A DNA stretch of 58,165 nt, counting the filler, from Basidiobolus ranarum (Eukaryota), in the NCBI GenBank assembly GCA_040143965.1. It is 3 parts of 3 records of this genome, joined end to end, with 100 filler letters (N's around TTAATTAATTAA, not from the genome) between each part and the next. Parts side by side here need not be neighbours in the genome. Positions count along the whole stretch, not along the records: positions 1 to 19,373 come from JASJQH010007127.1; positions 19,474 to 38,793 come from JASJQH010007129.1; 1 more part is not named here. One strand, written 5' to 3'. The notes beneath the pieces were generated by a model. It saw only the letters and a program-made list of their open reading frames with translations. It did no database searches and had not been told where the DNA came from. Made by a program: the position numbers and the translations under genes. Of this stretch, positions 12,682-25,408 are shown piece by piece. How positions within the stretch are numbered: position 1 is the stretch's first letter; each line of letters begins with the position of its first letter.

Positions 12682-14746
12682 GCATGATACACATACTTTG
12701 TTAGATATCATGGAACTGAATACCATGCTCATCGTTTCAATTTTTTGACCTCTCATATCGGCATCCAACACTTATCCGTTCAAACCTAATAGTTCCAAAT
12801 AAATTCCTAATCTTCACAGCTTATCACTAATCCTCACCTACTATGGTATAATTTCAACACGTTCATACAAATAAAGGTGGAAGTTTTTGAATTACGAATT
12901 GAAGATATTGTGCAGCAATCTTGTCGATAGAACGATCACTTGTTGAATTAGGCACAAAAACAAGTGTTGGTTAGAGGAATGAAGCCTAAGAAATAGCCTG
13001 TGTGCGCTAATCAACTTGAGCAGTATTTTGGGAGAGATCCATTAAGCTCCAATCGAGATTTTTCGTACTGACATTTTAAGTTTGGTCAATTTCCATGAAT
13101 AATCTAGCATCATGACAAGACGAATAAATAATGATTAAATGGCTTTATTTTATTACATTTAGTATAAATCAGAAGTATCACATTCTCCACGAGCGTGCTT
13201 ATATTTAAAGAGGGTTTTCTTGAGATCATGGAGTAAGCTGAGACAAATAATTACTATTTCTTGCAAATAGATGAGTACTGCAATGCATCTAAACCATATG
13301 CCCCTGTTGATACATATAGGCCGGTATCATTATCTCTATTCATTATTTAGTGTGAAATTTAGCTATATATGTATTTCCTTAATTTTACTAGATCTACAAT
13401 TTACTTCCTAATTTCGCCCGCTCCTCATATCCTCCAATTTAGTCTACATCCTATATACATGTACTACTGGATCATTGATAAACAAGATTCAGGGAAGTTA
13501 CAGGAGTCGCAATTCTGGATTCTCCAGTGCTTTTAGTGGTTGTGCCACAACCAGCAACTGAAGAGAAGATACACCGTGAAAATCTTCGTTCGCCACACAC
13601 AAATTGGCTCATGAAAATATTCCTGTCCGACAATTGTTCCTCAGTTATTACCAGTTGTCTACTGAGAAGGCTTGGGAATCAAGTGTTTTGTGGTTTTCAG
13701 ACATCAACTTGGATCCCATGATATTTGAGTCATACTTTCGTAAAGTTGTTTTGATGGAAAGTTAACCGTCGGGATGAGATATTCAGCAGATCGTGAGCTC
13801 ATTTCCTACCAATTACATTGACTTTGTGTATGACTCTTAGACTTACTCTAACACATTTGGTTAATCTCCGTTATCGTGAGCCAATTGTTTTCCAATCCTT
13901 TTGGTAGCTCTTCGTTAGAGGTCACTAATGTTTCCATGCTTTTCCTGTCCTCCATAGTGAAGTGGGGTTGGGTTTATGTTTTATCCGTCAGTCTAGGTCA
14001 CGCGTATGAAGGGATGGTATTAGACTGATTCGGCAATATTAGTTAGGTATCTGTGCTCACCGTCTGGCCGCCTTGACTCAGATATCATTAGAGTGGTGAA
14101 ATTGGGCAGGTAAATTGAAACACCATGTAGCTACTCCGTCTTCATAGATAGCACGAGCACAATGAGGATTTGCATGGTTTGGCAATAACTATGTGGCACG
14201 ATTGCGCTTGTATACCTTGGGGATGAAGTATGCACACTCCAGGTTTCTCAATAGTCGATGCAAGACTTAGCCCTCCAATCTCACCTCTATGTATGCATTC
14301 AATTACTTCTGGAACAAAATATCATTGTTTATCCATGACTTCATGAAGAGCAAGGATACATTCATCTACCTCTGATGATCGAGACTTCTGCACTTTTGTT
14401 TTCTCAAATAAATAAGCTCAGAAATAGTGCATTTTGGGGGTAAATAGCTCGATGTATCGGCTTGTTACTTACCATTGGATCGTACTTCCTATTCATGCGA
14501 AATAGTTGCGTAACCAAATTAAGTAATTCGCCATTTATATTACTTGCCATGTATCAAACTCACGGTTATACCTAAACCGTAGAAATTTGAAAATCCAATA
14601 ATGTGGCAACAGTTATAAACCATCATTTCCATCGAGGAGCACTCTTGCCCTCATTTATCCATTCTGTTCATACACAAACATCTTTACGAGAACATAAATA
14701 GTACTTATATTTAAAGCAGTTTAAGGCCTCTCTGAGGACACGCGAA

Positions 14747-16207
14747 ATGAAACCCTCTTCCAATCCAAGTAGGCCGAGATACGTTTATGAAAGCTTTGCT
14801 GGAAAAAACAAGGTTTTTCTATGGGGAACGATTGTGACTGGCAGTGACTTTTGGGCCTTTGGAGTTACCTTGGTTTTAATTCATATTCCGGTCATCCTGT
14901 TCAGTATATTTGTGTACGCATTTTTCTTTGGATATATCGTTTACGTTGTTGGAAGTTTTCTTTAAATTGATGCTTTATGGAGCTAATATTCTTCTCTATA
15001 TTCTAGTTGTCCTTTTGTATATAATAATATCAGCCCTGCTGTTGTGTTTGTTTTTGCCTACATATACCTTTTATGTCTGTTCTCTCTACTCAAAACCTCT
15101 TGGACCGACCCTGGGGTAAGCAAATATCGCCACCACATTACTAAGTGAAAGTGATTAGCTATTAAAAGCAATTGTTTCCCTTACTGATGCTCTTTATTTT
15201 AAAGATACTGCCTCGAAATCTGGATCCAGTGGAGCCCATGGATACCTTTGGAGAGCCTTCTGGTTCTTCAGATATGGTAGACCAATCATATTTCCCTCTA
15301 TCAGCGTACCCTGGACTCAAGGACGTAGTTATCAATGGAGTTGCTCTCAAACTGAAGTACTGTGATACTTGCCAATTGTATCGACCTCCTCGGTGCAGTC
15401 ATTGCAGGCAGTGTGACAATTGTGTGGGTTAGTGAGTCAATGAATTCGATTTGATTAAGGCTCTTTAATTAATAGTTTCCTCCAGAAAACGAAGACCATC
15501 ACTGTATTTGGGTCAATAATTGTGTTGGTCGGCGGAATTACCGTTATTTTTTTACCTTCATATTGACCACTTCGTTATTAAGTCTATACGTATTTGGATT
15601 CAGTCTTGGTCACCTTATCCTTTATTGGAAGAAGAAAATGAGAGAAAGTACATCTGGAATGTACTCCTTCCAGAAGATTTTAGGCGAAGCTCCTATAAGA
15701 TATCCTTTTACAAAGATCTCTGTACATCTCTTCCAGCGATGTAGCTTATTGTTCTTGACTAACAAACTCTAGTTTTGGTAATTTATGCTTTCATCTTTGG
15801 CTTCGCCTTGACAGCATTGACCATCTATCACCTCTGTCTTATATCAAAGAACATGACTACCCACGAACAGGTAGGGGCACTGATACGTTTTAACCAAAAT
15901 GACTCTGACACTGATTTTCTTCTCTAGATACGCTCCTCAGTCAACATTCGCCATGTCCCACATCCTTTTAATCTAGGGAATTTTGTCAAAAATATTATTC
16001 AATTTATAGCACGACCCAGACCTGCAAGGTAGTTAGCCGATATCATATCCAATTCATCGTTGTTTATTAACAATACGTCTTAGTTATATAGAGTGGAGGA
16101 AGCTACTTGAAGAAGAAAGGCAATCTAATAAACGCCAATCTATCACCCGCGTTACTCCGGCACCATGTATCAAAACTATGTCCAGCCGAGATCACAATCC
16201 TTTATAA
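14747..16207 (+). CDS. ERF2: DHHC palmitoyltransferase, Erf2/ZDHHC9-14-18 type; multi-exon with one AT-AC intron
   Basis: [78 protein letters not shown]. Stop TAA at 16205-16207. Confidence 0.92.
15700..15767 (+). other. U12-type (minor spliceosome) AT-AC intron
   Basis: 5' end ATATCCTTTT matches the U12 donor consensus. Branch-like TTCTTGAC at 15752-15759, 3' end AC at 15766-15767. Removal restores the frame [22 protein letters not shown]. Confidence 0.85.
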
Positions 16208-16393
16208 GCAATTCTTAATTACCTCTGTCAATTTAAACCCTTGTATTAGTTCATTCATGATTTTCTCAGTCTAATAAACCTACGATAGTGATGACCACTT
16301 TATTATAAATATTGATATATCTTAACTTCCCAATATGCTTAATCTAGATAGTCAACAACTCTATATATAGTGAGGAGGGGGGCAAATAAATGC

Positions 16394-18205
16394 TTAATTG
16401 GCGCTGTCTATTTCCTCGGCCTTAGGTTTTTTGGTACAGGTATCTTCAACTTCAACTTGCTTCCTCTTGATATTAGCGAATACGATTTCTGGAGTAAGGC
16501 GGAAGGAAGCACAATACATGTCTTTGTTGGGAGCTACAGATCGGACATGATGGATGGAGGAGGTCTCAGCATCCACTTTGTACCCCATTACTTGATATAT
16601 TCTCTTTTATGCATAATATAAGTAATAAATTACGTGAATACGAAGTAATATTAACCAACCTCTAAGATATCTGCTTTGGGGTCTTCGCTTCGGGAAAAGC
16701 AATGACAATGGACCATGGGTAATTGAATATCGGGCTCAGTGATTAAAGTCTCCTTTCCATGGAAAAGACCTACAAATGCATCCAGAAACTCGATCGCGGT
16801 AGCAGGAAGATTCATGACATAATGGTGGAAAGTTTGGAATGGTGTCCCTTCTTTGCGATTTTGATTCAAATTATCAACAGAGTTACGAATGAAATCCCGA
16901 CCGTCCATATTGAAAGGAACACATGTTTTGTTTTTGTTTAACTTGATGTTTTCACAAAGCCATTTGTATGATTCTGGGTTTAAATCGTTGGCGTAAACAG
17001 TGCATCCTTTCTTGGCTGCAGGCACAGCAAAGGGTCCAACACCAGCCATAACATCGCCTAAACGAGGAGATAAATATTCGTTCAAGTGAATAATACTTTA
17101 CAAAAAAAACCCTCACATATATTCTCCTCTTTCTTAAACAGTTGTACCAAGCGTTCGTGCTCAGTATGCAAGCGAGAGTTCCAATAGACCTTTGAAAAAT
17201 CAAACTTGAACTGGCATCCGCTTTCCCGCTAGAAATGAGTTCATTAGTTTCCAGAGTATAACTTTCATATCATATACAGTAGACATCTAGGTACCATTTC
17301 AGCGATCATGTCATTTTCACCTGCAAGAATCTCCATCTTGAAGAAACGGAAGGTAGTATCGATGGAATCCAATTTGTTGACCACAGTTCGGATGTGCTTC
17401 GTTTTCTAAAGAGGATGGTCGATGAGCATGTAGTATTCGAAGGTAAAATAGATATTTAGAGTAACATACATCCAAGATAACTTCTCCGATTAAATTTTTG
17501 TATGGTAAGTATTCTTCACGAAGATTCATATGAGCTGTAAGTTTTTCTCTTAGAACAAGTATTCAAAGCAATAGGATCAATAATCATTGAATATCTAACC
17601 GATATGGCCAATAGTTTCGTAGGAAGATTGAACGGGGAGCTCTTCAGGAAGAATAGCTCTTAATATCTCCTCTAAACTCTCAGGTAAGTGGAAATTGCGA
17701 GGGTAAAAGCAATAATAAAATTAAATACCCGCATTCCAGTAGTCATACTTTACAGTAACTTGGTGTTCGATTAAATCTAATCCGTCGGTCTTGATCAAAT
17801 CTTTAACTTCTTCGGATACGTTTTCGAGTTCTGAATCAGGTATACAGGTACCGACTAATTAGTCAAACACCTATATGTTGGCCTGATTTAAAAAAAGAGG
17901 GCCTTACCTTTGGTTTGAGTATCTAACCTCAATAACATAAGCTTAGTTGCGGTTGAATCGTTATCCTCAATAATATTGCGCATTCGAGGCTGATTCAACA
18001 GTTCTCTATTATATACGTAGAAAATACTCCATCAGCAAAATTTCACCTTTGGAATTAAACTATCTTCAAGGGCTTACTTGGATAAAAGCTTCATGTATTT
18101 TCCGATATTCTGGGTGGGAACTCTGATAGCAATCAGCTTGAGCGTATTCTGAAAAACATCGCGATTTAAAACGGTCATCGACCGTTGAAGTGGTGGGGAA
18201 ATCAT
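16394..18205 (-). CDS. TRM5: tRNA (guanine37-N1)-methyltransferase Trm5; multi-exon
   Basis: MISPPLQRSMTVLNRDVF, YETIGHIAHMNLREEYLPYK, FDFSKVYWNSRLHTEHERLV, DVMAGVGPFAVPAAKKG..ANDLNP, HYVMNLP, HHVRSVAPNKDMYCASFRL. Confidence 0.95.
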
Positions 18206-18790
18206 GTCAAATTACAAGATACTGAGGAAAAGCGGACAGTAAAAGATAGTATCGCCCACACCAACTACATGAACCTTTTTTTTTTGGATAAAATCAAGAT
18301 TTTTCTGCACATCTCCTTCCTACAAATCAATCAAGTTATTCCAATTGTGTAGTGCCTATAGCAATTGTTAATGTGATTGAAAATTAATCTACTTTTAAAC
18401 ACTCGACCTGGGATTTTTAATTCACATCCACAATCGGTTCGAGGGATATTTTGATGATTTTCACTGATTTACATTCTTCACCATTTATGACTTTAACTAA
18501 ATACTCCAAGACACTAAATTCCAGTTTCTGAATCCAAGAATATTTGAGGATAAAATCCTGATTTAGTTAATAAAAACTAAACCAAATTTATTTGCAACAT
18601 GTGATAATATACGATTCCCCTTGAAAATATTTAGGGATAGATGAGGAAAATAGGTACAGTGAAGATGAAAAGGCTATCCTATCATGGAAGAATGAATATA
18701 TAACAACTGGTAACGAAATCTTATAAAATAAGGATGTTGCAAAGCTTTGTACCTCTAATCTACCAGTTTGTCGTTTGTCCCATAACTTCA

Positions 18791-19348
18791 TCAACAATTG
18801 GTACTACGAGACCAGCTGATAGACTTGTTTTTGAGCTTCTGGTTAAATGACTTGGTAAATTTGGCCATCTCGGCTTTACATTCGGATTTGAAATCCTCAT
18901 CATCCATTTCTACATAGTTTTGAGGTACACAGTGGGGTCTGCTGATGGATTGGGCAAAAAAGTTCCTATACCCTCCATCAAGGACATACAGTTCAGGATA
19001 GGTCAAATGAGGATAATTAACAGCATTCAATTCTCTATCGAGACTACGCAAGTGATGAGCCCTATTATTATTGATGGAATTATTAGAGAGTGAATCAATA
19101 TATTGACTGGTACTCAATGCTTACATTCTTGGAGCTCTATGAGACGAATATTCACAGTGGAATACGATTATAGTACGCGAGTTGAGTTCGGCTTGGGAAT
19201 TTTGAAAGAAGTTTTCCAACGACTCTTTGGTATTGAGATTCAAGGCGTTTTGAATATGACCACCTTCATACTCGTAGGGGAATCGACAGTCAACTACAAT
19301 GAGTCGGTCATACGATCCGTTGTATTTACCACCTAGAACGTCCCACAA
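18791..19348 (-). CDS. MIH1: Cdc25/Mih1 M-phase inducer phosphatase, catalytic rhodanese domain; 5' part lost at the contig end
   Basis: IVVDCRFPYEYEGGHIQNALN, FHCEYSSHRAPRM (intron) AHHLRSLDRELN..YPHLTYPELYVLDGGYRNFF. Confidence 0.92.
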
Positions 19349-19373
19349 CTGCGAAACCACGAAGAATCAATAT

Positions 19374-19473
19374 NNNNNNNNNNNNNNNNNNNNNNNNNNN
19401 NNNNNNNNNNNNNNNNNTTAATTAATTAANNNNNNNNNNNNNNNNNNNNNNNNNNNNNNNNNNNNNNNNNNNN
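19374..19473. other. Artificial contig spacer N44-TTAATTAATTAA-N44
   Basis: 100-nt block with a linker giving stops in all six frames; identical block at 38794. Confidence 0.98.
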
Positions 19474-19727
19474 CCAGTATCATAAGCACCAGCTCCGTTA
19501 CCGCCGTTGCCATCATCGTTACCATTTCCACCCTTTCCGGTATCATAGGCACCAGCTCCATTACCGCCACTGCCATTATCTCCTCCATTGCCATCACCTC
19601 CGTTAAATAGATCCTTAACGTTATATGATCCATCGCTTCTTGCTTGTAGCCTTGGGTTGAGTGCAGCTGCATTGATGGCGGCGAGTCCAGAAAGGAGGCA
19701 TAATAATTTGGGCGCGGAGAATTTCAT
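19474..19727 (-). CDS. Secreted Gly/Asn/Asp-rich tandem-repeat protein, 3'-truncated
   Basis: MKFSAPKLLCLLSGLAAINAAAL signal peptide, then GGNGAGAYDTG recurring at 63-nt (21-aa) spacing up to the contig end. Confidence 0.75.
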
Positions 19728-20921
19728 TGAAAAGTATTTATATGTTGTTGATAATTTAAGGTTATCTCTATTCAATCTGAGAAAGATATTTTAGTGAAAT
19801 TCTTTAGCGTATTATAGTTGTCTTTTATAGTCCTGTATTCTTGATTTTTATTTACCCCTTCTACTCCTCTATTTCTCCTATTTCAGTGATGCGTATACAT
19901 GGGGTAAGATCGAATTTAGAGTGGTTGTTAACTTCACACCCCACACTCTCCAGTTTCCATCAGGTTTCAATTATGTTTCTTCATGGTAGATGCTTCTATG
20001 TAGTTGAGATCCTGATGACTTTGACTGAGCATGCATGCGCTAACGCCAGCATTGAGGCTGATTGTGTACTGCAACGAATTAAGTTATTTTCTGCAAGAGT
20101 TTCGATCCATCAATTTAACGTATGAATGATGTAGCCATTGTATTCATGGTACTTTATCGGTTCTATTGACTTTTGCTAACAATACTCTACTATAACTGTA
20201 CTAGACGGTGCGATTAACAAGATAATTAAGGCATTTGCGATAGTATTTATGAGTTGCTGATGCAGTTCTGTATCTGGCTCAAGGAGGCCTGATTACTCTT
20301 CGAGATGCATGTGCTGTATTTGTGACCTAAATGACCAGTGGTGCTGGTGCTATTTCCTGAATTGCAAATTACTACACAATCTTTGAGTGTTCTACTACTC
20401 CAATGCACCTTACCTTTAAAGCACACTTAGTTCAATGGCAATATTGCCAATTCAAGCACCTATGTTTTATAGTACCTTTAACTGATAGAAATTATTAATC
20501 ACATTTCCATGTCTCATCATAATACCAATTTATTGTAACTAAGACATCTATGAACTGATATACAAGGTCAGTCTATATATATTTACATTCAATGGACATT
20601 CTTAACACATATCTACCCCAGACTTTGTTCCTATGGCTAGAGACATATCCTTTCAGATAAAAGCAAGCCCATATAGAATTGTAATGAGTTGAGGGATTTG
20701 TTCCAATTTCAATAATGAAAGAAACCTCTTTGATTTAATTTCAGTATGGCAAATAATTTCAATATGCCAAGAAATGAGGGTATAAATGCAATGAGGCAAG
20801 TGGGAAAGTAATGACTCTATTCGAGGACTAGATGTATGTACAGATATGGGTTGAATAATTTAGGCTCAGATGGGCTTCAGGATATATATAAGGAGCGTGT
20901 TTACTACAACCAACGATAAAC

Positions 20922-22250
20922 TTAATCATCAACACTGGCATTAGCGGACGCTATACTCCTTTTTGGAAAAGCTGCCAGAGGTTTCTCCTTACCTGTACCT
21001 CGTTCCGCGCATCTTTTTACTAGTGTGTGTCTCTTCAAAGCATCCAATCTTCCAAAAGTACGATCACACTTGGCGCATCGATAAGGCTTGATACCCAAAT
21101 GGATCTTCTGATGACGCTTCAAATCATGATTGCGACTGAAACTTTGTAGGCAAGAATCACACTTGAACGGTCTTTCGGTGGAGTGAATGCGATAGTGGGA
21201 TCTTAGATTGTAGATACACGAGAATGTCTTTTTACAATTGGGGTAAGTGCAGGTACATACCTGAGTCGCACTATTCGCACTGATATTAGAAGGCTGAAAC
21301 GAGTCAGTGATCGGACTTGTTAAAGCGGCAAACTTAGAATCATTTTCATACATGGGTTGAACAGGTGAGAAAGGAGTGCTTGATAGCTCTGGTCCTTCGA
21401 ATTTGACAGGTGTTGGAGAATTAGAGAAATCCATAAAGCCACATTGTGAATCCATAAGCCCAATTTCCCATGGAGCGTATGTTATGTTTGGAGAGTTTTC
21501 GGTTGTTGGGGTCATCAAGGCTGAAGAGAATGTTGGTGAAAGCTGGTCAGGAACAAGCTGTGGTGAAGGCGTCCCACTACTAACCCCTGGGCCCTGTAAA
21601 AGTTGTGAGGATGCCATATTGGTAGAAATGTCAGAGGTAAAATGCTCGGGGTGAATAGGCGCATTAGAATCAATTTTATCCAAGTCCGAGTCGAAATTAC
21701 ACGTTAGAGTAGTGGAAAAATGCATGCTGGTATATAAGGGATCCATAGTAACTCTTTGGGGAGCATTCATCATCAGGTTATTGAAGTAAATGTCATTCTG
21801 ATTCGTTGGGAAAGCTGGAGAAATAGGAGAAGTGTATGGCCACACAGAAAATGCAGGTGATTGAAGGTTGGTAAAATCTTGGTTTGTAGTCGCAGTCCTA
21901 CCCGCGTCCCCTTGGATATCTGAATGATTTAGAACTTGACTTAAGGGATGCTGATACTGTGCTTGTGCGAACTTGGCATAGGTGGGAGTTGGAGTTGGGG
22001 AAGGAAACTGATGGTTCGAAGGATTTACCACCATAGAAGGATTTACAAACGAATCAACAATTGGCGAGAAGTCATCATACTTGAAAAGTGAAATCGGCTC
22101 TCCTTCAGAGAGTGTTTCGGATACTTTAATACTGAGGTGATTAAAGCCTCTTTCTTGGCCGAAACCACTATATGTTGAATTACGTTTCTTCTGTGAGAAG
22201 GAGTTTGTCTTCAGACTATTGAAGGAACCGGAGGCTTGATGTGTTTCCAT
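20922..22250 (-). CDS. C2H2 zinc-finger transcription factor with Crz1-like finger array
   Basis: Ser/Pro/Thr/Gln-rich N-terminus, then CTYPNCKKTFSCIYNLRSHYRIH-STERPF-CDSCLQSFSRNHDLKRHQKIH-LGIKPY-CAKCDRTFGRLDALKRH. Confidence 0.9.
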   Translation of the reverse strand: METHQASGSFNSLKTNSFSQKKRNSTYSGFGQERGFNHLSIKVSETLSEGEPISLFKYDDFSPIVDSFVNPSMVVNPSNHQFPSPTPTPTYAKFAQAQYQHPLSQVLNHSDIQGDAGRTATTNQDFTNLQSPAFSVWPYTSPISPAFPTNQNDIYFNNLMMNAPQRVTMDPLYTSMHFSTTLTCNFDSDLDKIDSNAPIHPEHFTSDISTNMASSQLLQGPGVSSGTPSPQLVPDQLSPTFSSALMTPTTENSPNITYAPWEIGLMDSQCGFMDFSNSPTPVKFEGPELSSTPFSPVQPMYENDSKFAALTSPITDSFQPSNISANSATQVCTCTYPNCKKTFSCIYNLRSHYRIHSTERPFKCDSCLQSFSRNHDLKRHQKIHLGIKPYRCAKCDRTFGRLDALKRHTLVKRCAERGTGKEKPLAAFPKRSIASANASVDD

Positions 22251-23163
22251 CTTGGTAAAGATATTAGAAGCCTGATTGGTTTGTAAGAATTAAATAGGCA
22301 CAATTAATTAGTTTGTTATTTGTATGCAGTGGATCTCAATAGTAAAATTCAGAGAGTTAGGGTAAGGGCTTAGTCAAGGTTTTAATAATAGGAACCGAAA
22401 GAAATACGAGGAATGTGGAGAGAATAAAATTCTGCGCCTGGACTGGGAATGAGATCTGGCTGCTAGATATATACGAAAACCCCAGGGGGTCAATTTTGAC
22501 CCAGTCGAACGGTCTCACTGGTTCTCGGCTAAACAGTACTTACAACCCATAATGATTGGATCTAAATCGAGACAACTCTGGAAACTACCTAAACCCATGT
22601 TCGAGGTTATTCTAACCCACTCTTACCCCTACTCCAACCCCTTTGCCCTCTCCTCCACCTAATATGGAAGATTATCAAATAATTACTGAACTCTTAGCCA
22701 ATCACCCTTATTTGCTAAACTAGTAAGAACTTCGGGAAACAAGCCATTGAGCTGGGCCGGAATTCGTGCCAACATCTTTCGCGTAATTCGAGTATCCTTA
22801 ATACCAAAATGGATAGCATTCGCGCTACCTATTCACGCTGCCTCAAGTTGGATGTTCTCCCCCACTTCCCCTGATCCATGGGCTCTAGCGTTTTAGAAAT
22901 AATTTAGAGTTGGTGGTTACATTAAAACGGACAGAGTAAAGAAAGTCACGATCTACCTAACCCTCATTAAGTTTCAGTTTGATGGATCGGTTTTCTCCTT
23001 GGTTTCTCCGCTACAAAAACTTGACTGAGGGATGCCCAAGTAGCCAGGTAAAATTTGGAATCCGTTGATTGGAGTCAGTTCATGATGAACTTAAACGCTT
23101 CCTTGGAACTCTCCCAATCTCCAAACTTCAAACTTCGTTTCTCTCAATAGACCATCCTCGATG

Positions 23164-23630
23164 TTACTTAATATCCAACGTATCTGTGGATGCAAATATT
23201 AGAATTTCTGGCCCGGAAAGTTTGGATGTTAGCTTGATTGTTACTTTGAACACTTCGCCCCAATCGCAATAGAGAATGATGTGACTGCTGGTAGCCCTAC
23301 CATTACAACAACCTAGCTTTCCCCCGGAGATGAGATGACACAAGGTAACCCATATAGAGTAGGACTTCAATGGTGGTATCTCCAAGGTACAAATGCGCAA
23401 GTTTACTCTTGTCTGATCTCTGCTGGTACTTTCCGATACGTGTGAGGGATTGAAGAAGCACCAAAGCTGTGGACTGTTAGCTATAGACTGAGAAACGCAT
23501 GGCATTTGTCTCTATCTACCTTGTCATACTGGTGTACATCGTTTACCTCTGCCGCTGGATGAAGCTCAGAAGAGGGTATCTGAGTAAGAAGGTGAATAGG
23601 TAGCCAGTTTACCTGTTCTGAAGAGTTCAT
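23164..23630 (-). CDS. Possible two-exon orphan protein (137 aa)
   Basis: ATG at 23630; phase-0 intron 23519-23467 (GTAGAT..GCTAAC..CAG) joins in frame to the ORF ending at 23164. No homology recognised. Confidence 0.35.
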
Positions 23631-25408
23631 GGTTGCAGTTGAGATGGGTGAAGCAGTTAGATTTATTATGAGCTTTTAATCTAAGAGCAGCAGATGATTT
23701 AACAAAGATGTTCTATTGATGCTGAACAAGATTAACATGTGATAGTTCATCATTGAAACAAAGAATATCATCCAGATAACATCAAAAAATATCTCCTAAG
23801 AATAAAAATACAATCATTGATCACTCCAGCGGGATGGTCTTGAAGCCGTGGTGCGGTAGATACCAGGACCTGGATCTGTGGTGTTGGCAGTTAGGAAATG
23901 CACAGAGAATACGCTTAACTAGGGAGTTAGTAGTCGATTATCTCGTGGCGGTAGTCTGAAAGCAGTAGCAGAGAATGGATACGGAAAGAATAGAGATCGG
24001 TTCAAGCTACGTATGCTCAGCTTAAGTTCATTTAAGGCTCAGTTCAGGCTTTAGAAGCAGGCATCTCATCTAAAAACAAAATGGTTAGCAATCAAAGAGA
24101 GCAAGAAAACTCTTAACTAAGCATAGCCAGTGCGAAACTTGGATAGGTGAATAGTCATCCAAGACAGCTGTCTATTATATATACTTCGAATGTTCGACTC
24201 ACTCCGAGACAATCGTCACTCATACGCCTAAGATCATTTGCACAAACGATTGAACAAACTTGGCCAATTAAGATCTTTATAATGCACGAATAGAAACAGC
24301 CACAAGTGACAATTCTTTGCTAGAAAGAGAATTTATGAAACTCTTGGAATCATTTGTATGGAGCTTTTGCAATAAAAAGTATCAACTAGTTAACTTGAAT
24401 GTTTTGCCTAGTGTCTTGCCTAATGTTTGCATAAATGGCTCTTCAGTCAAGTGGGGTATATACCTAAGTACAGCCAGCTAGTGAATACTCGTCCCTAGAC
24501 ACCAAATCATACATCCGCATTTAAAACATACTGCAGTTCTTGTCCAGCTAGAATTTCAGTACCAAATGATATCTTTTTACTGACTTCTATGTATAGCTCT
24601 TTCTAAACCGAGAATGAAAAATCTCTTGAAGACGACTAACTGCTTCACGAGACAACAGAAATAAAATACAAGCTGAAAATGATCGACTATGCAGTTCCTC
24701 AACAGTGATGATTGATGGTCTGAGGATGGAGTATAGAGTGTTCACAAATATCCCTGAAGATTTATCACCTTTCTGTCCCCAGTCCAGAGAAGCAGAAGGG
24801 TTGTTTTTTACTAATCCCACCCACACATTACGTTCCATACAGCTCTCATTACCATCCAATGTATAATTCATCTTCACAAGCCGACATCCTTCATAAACAG
24901 ATTAGTCTAAGCTAACCTTTATCACTGACCTGTTGCTGTTAAACTCGAACATTTCCGATAACTTGGTGAGATAGATATAAAAGTAACAACCAAAATAGAG
25001 AATATCTTGTCGAAGAGTCAGCAGCAGCGATAGGTTTTCTCAGCCACAACATTTTGTATCTAACCGTTAGAGTGATGTAGTTCAATTAAATATGCATAGA
25101 AACTTACAAACAGCGCTAAACCAGAAATTCAACTAAATATCTGTAAATAGACTGATTATATGTATTTTCTATTTGATTTTAGCATAAATTATTGTTGTGA
25201 TTCTTGTCTGAAAACGTAAACAAACAGCAAAAAAACGGATCTCATTGTCAATACCATTATCGGTATTTATAACATTTCCAAAAGAAATAAGTCATTAGGT
25301 TTTGTGCTGCTGTAGTCAGTCTCATTTTTATCTTTAACATTGCTCACAAATACTGTCCATTGACTTTGTGATTTGTTCGTCTAGAGCAAACTATTCTACT
25401 CGTTTACT

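Noticed and set aside
13527-13960. Short ORFs and one intron-like segment between MRPL19 and ERF2
   Set aside because: Could not assemble a coherent reading frame or recognise any motif.
19418-19775. ORFs 19418-19672 and 19422-19775 ending in X runs
   Set aside because: Their stops come from the artificial linker; only the frame from ATG 19727 is credible.
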